From NCBI GenBank assembly GCA_001767435.1, contig MEKT01000147.1:25281-89280 (forward strand): a DNA stretch of 64,000 bases, in the 5' to 3' direction. The notes below the pieces were generated by a model. The model made no database searches, was not told the origin of the DNA, and saw only the letters and a program-made list of their open reading frames with translations. Source of the DNA: Acidobacteria bacterium RIFCSPLOWO2_02_FULL_65_29. GTDB taxonomy: Bacteria; Acidobacteriota; Vicinamibacteria; Vicinamibacterales; CAVVIG01. The translations under genes were made by a program, and so were the position numbers. The stretch's first letter is position 1. The number at the start of each line of letters is the position of its first letter. Of this stretch, positions 63,165 through 64,000 are shown piece by piece.

Positions 63165-64000
63165 CGCCTGACGCGGCGGGCATCTCGCCGAATGTAACCC
63201 GCGAGCACGGCCTCACGCTCCTTCGCGAGATGCTGCGCATCCGGCGGTTCGAGGAGAAATGCGCCGAGCTCTACAGCGCGGGAAAGATTCGCGGTTTCTT
63301 GCACTTGTACATCGGCGAGGAGGCCGTGGCCGTCGGCGCCATGCAGGCCCTGGCGCCCGAAGACGCCGTGGTTGCCACGTATCGAGAACACGGGCACGCG
63401 CTCGCGCGCGGCATTTCCGCCGATCGCCTCATGGCCGAAATGTACGGAAAACACGAGGGCTGCAGCCGCGGCCGCGGTGGATCGATGCACGTGTTCGACG
63501 CCGATACCAGGTTCTATGGGGGCAACGCCATCGTGGGGGGCGGCCTGCCGGTCGCGGTCGGGCTCGCGCTTGCCGACCGCATGCAGAATCGGCGGCGCGT
63601 GACCGCGTGTTTCTTTGGCGACGGCGCGGTCGCCGAGGGCGAGTTCCACGAATCGCTCAACCTGGCCGTGCTCTGGAAGCTGCCGGTGCTCTTCCTCTGC
63701 GAGAACAACCTCTACGCGATGGGCACGCGCATCGAGCGCGCGCAGTCGCAAGTCGATCTGTGCGAGAAGGCGCGGAGCTACCGGATGCCGGCCGAACCGG
63801 TGGACGGCATGGACGTCGTGGCGTGCGAAGCGGCGGCTCGACGCATCGCCGAGCGCGTCCGCGGCGGCGAAGGCCCGGCGTTCATCGAATTTCAGACCTA
63901 TCGGTTTCGCGCGCATTCGATGTTCGACGCCGAGCTGTACCGAGACAAATCCGAAGTCGACGCGTGGAAGCCTCGCGACCCGATTCTGACCTTCACCACC
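63161..64000 (+). CDS. Thiamine-diphosphate-dependent 2-oxo acid dehydrogenase E1 alpha subunit (PDH / acetoin dehydrogenase type), 3' end outside window
   Basis: The ATG overlaps the acs stop (ATGA) and the frame is open to the window end. …[32 protein letters not shown]…[40 protein letters not shown]… is the E1-alpha TPP motif. Confidence 0.85.
   Translation, partial: MTPDAAGISPNVTREHGLTLLREMLRIRRFEEKCAELYSAGKIRGFLHLYIGEEAVAVGAMQALAPEDAVVATYREHGHALARGISADRLMAEMYGKHEGCSRGRGGSMHVFDADTRFYGGNAIVGGGLPVAVGLALADRMQNRRRVTACFFGDGAVAEGEFHESLNLAVLWKLPVLFLCENNLYAMGTRIERAQSQVDLCEKARSYRMPAEPVDGMDVVACEAAARRIAERVRGGEGPAFIEFQTYRFRAHSMFDAELYRDKSEVDAWKPRDPILTFTT

Noticed and set aside
58830-63916. ORFs 58830..60845 (+), 61326..62879 (-) and 62789..63916 (-)
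   Set aside because: They are off-frame or antisense to the HAD-ATPase, PRTase, acs and E1-alpha genes, have R/G/D-rich composition, and contain no motifs.

Overview
This is a high-GC bacterial chromosome segment. The gene content (a VWFA-related acidobacterial-type VWA protein, PD40-propeller Ser/Thr kinases, DUF4159) points to Acidobacteria, which is inference only. Coding density is high and I found no rRNA, tRNA, CRISPR array or transposase.

Layout:
- 0-4.2 kb: LPS-core and heptose genes (Trm112-like, GT9 heptosyltransferase, O-antigen-ligase-like, hldA).
- 4.2-7.3 kb: purH, cspA and two hypothetical genes.
- 7.5-19.9 kb: a minus-strand nuo (complex I) operon ordered A-B-C-gmhA-D-E-F-H-J-K-L-M-N. 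It lacks nuoG and nuoI and has gmhA inserted.
- 20-22 kb: a small coiled-coil protein plus a double nitroreductase (SagB-like).
- 22.2-27 kb: lhr helicase.
- 27.2-37.1 kb: an accessory-looking block with two VapBC-type toxin-antitoxin pairs, two paralogous kinases, a retropepsin-like protease, gene remnants and an FHA-GAF-HD-GYP protein.
- 37-49 kb: mixed enzymes and transporters.
- 49.3-61.2 kb: a stress-type island (USPs, cytochromes c, orphan groEL, CBS, fdhA, a HAD/HerA-like ATPase fusion, PRTase, HPF-like), followed by acs and a PDH-E1-alpha-like gene.

Main hunting results:
1. A near-identical 16-bp dyad, TGCCGAAT(T/A)CCCGGCA, lies upstream of four island operons. It is paired with candidate sigma-54 (-24/-12) promoters, two of which imply leaderless mRNAs.
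2. Almost every intergenic spacer carries its own 7-9 bp (one 18 bp) tandem array. These are often arranged as inverted arms, and some are translated.
3. GC-rich hairpin repeat families occur nested in each other and inserted in-frame in lhr and the nitroreductase gene.

Start codons were refined from the ORF track by codon arithmetic. Non-ORF coordinates were hand-counted and may be off by 1-2 nt.
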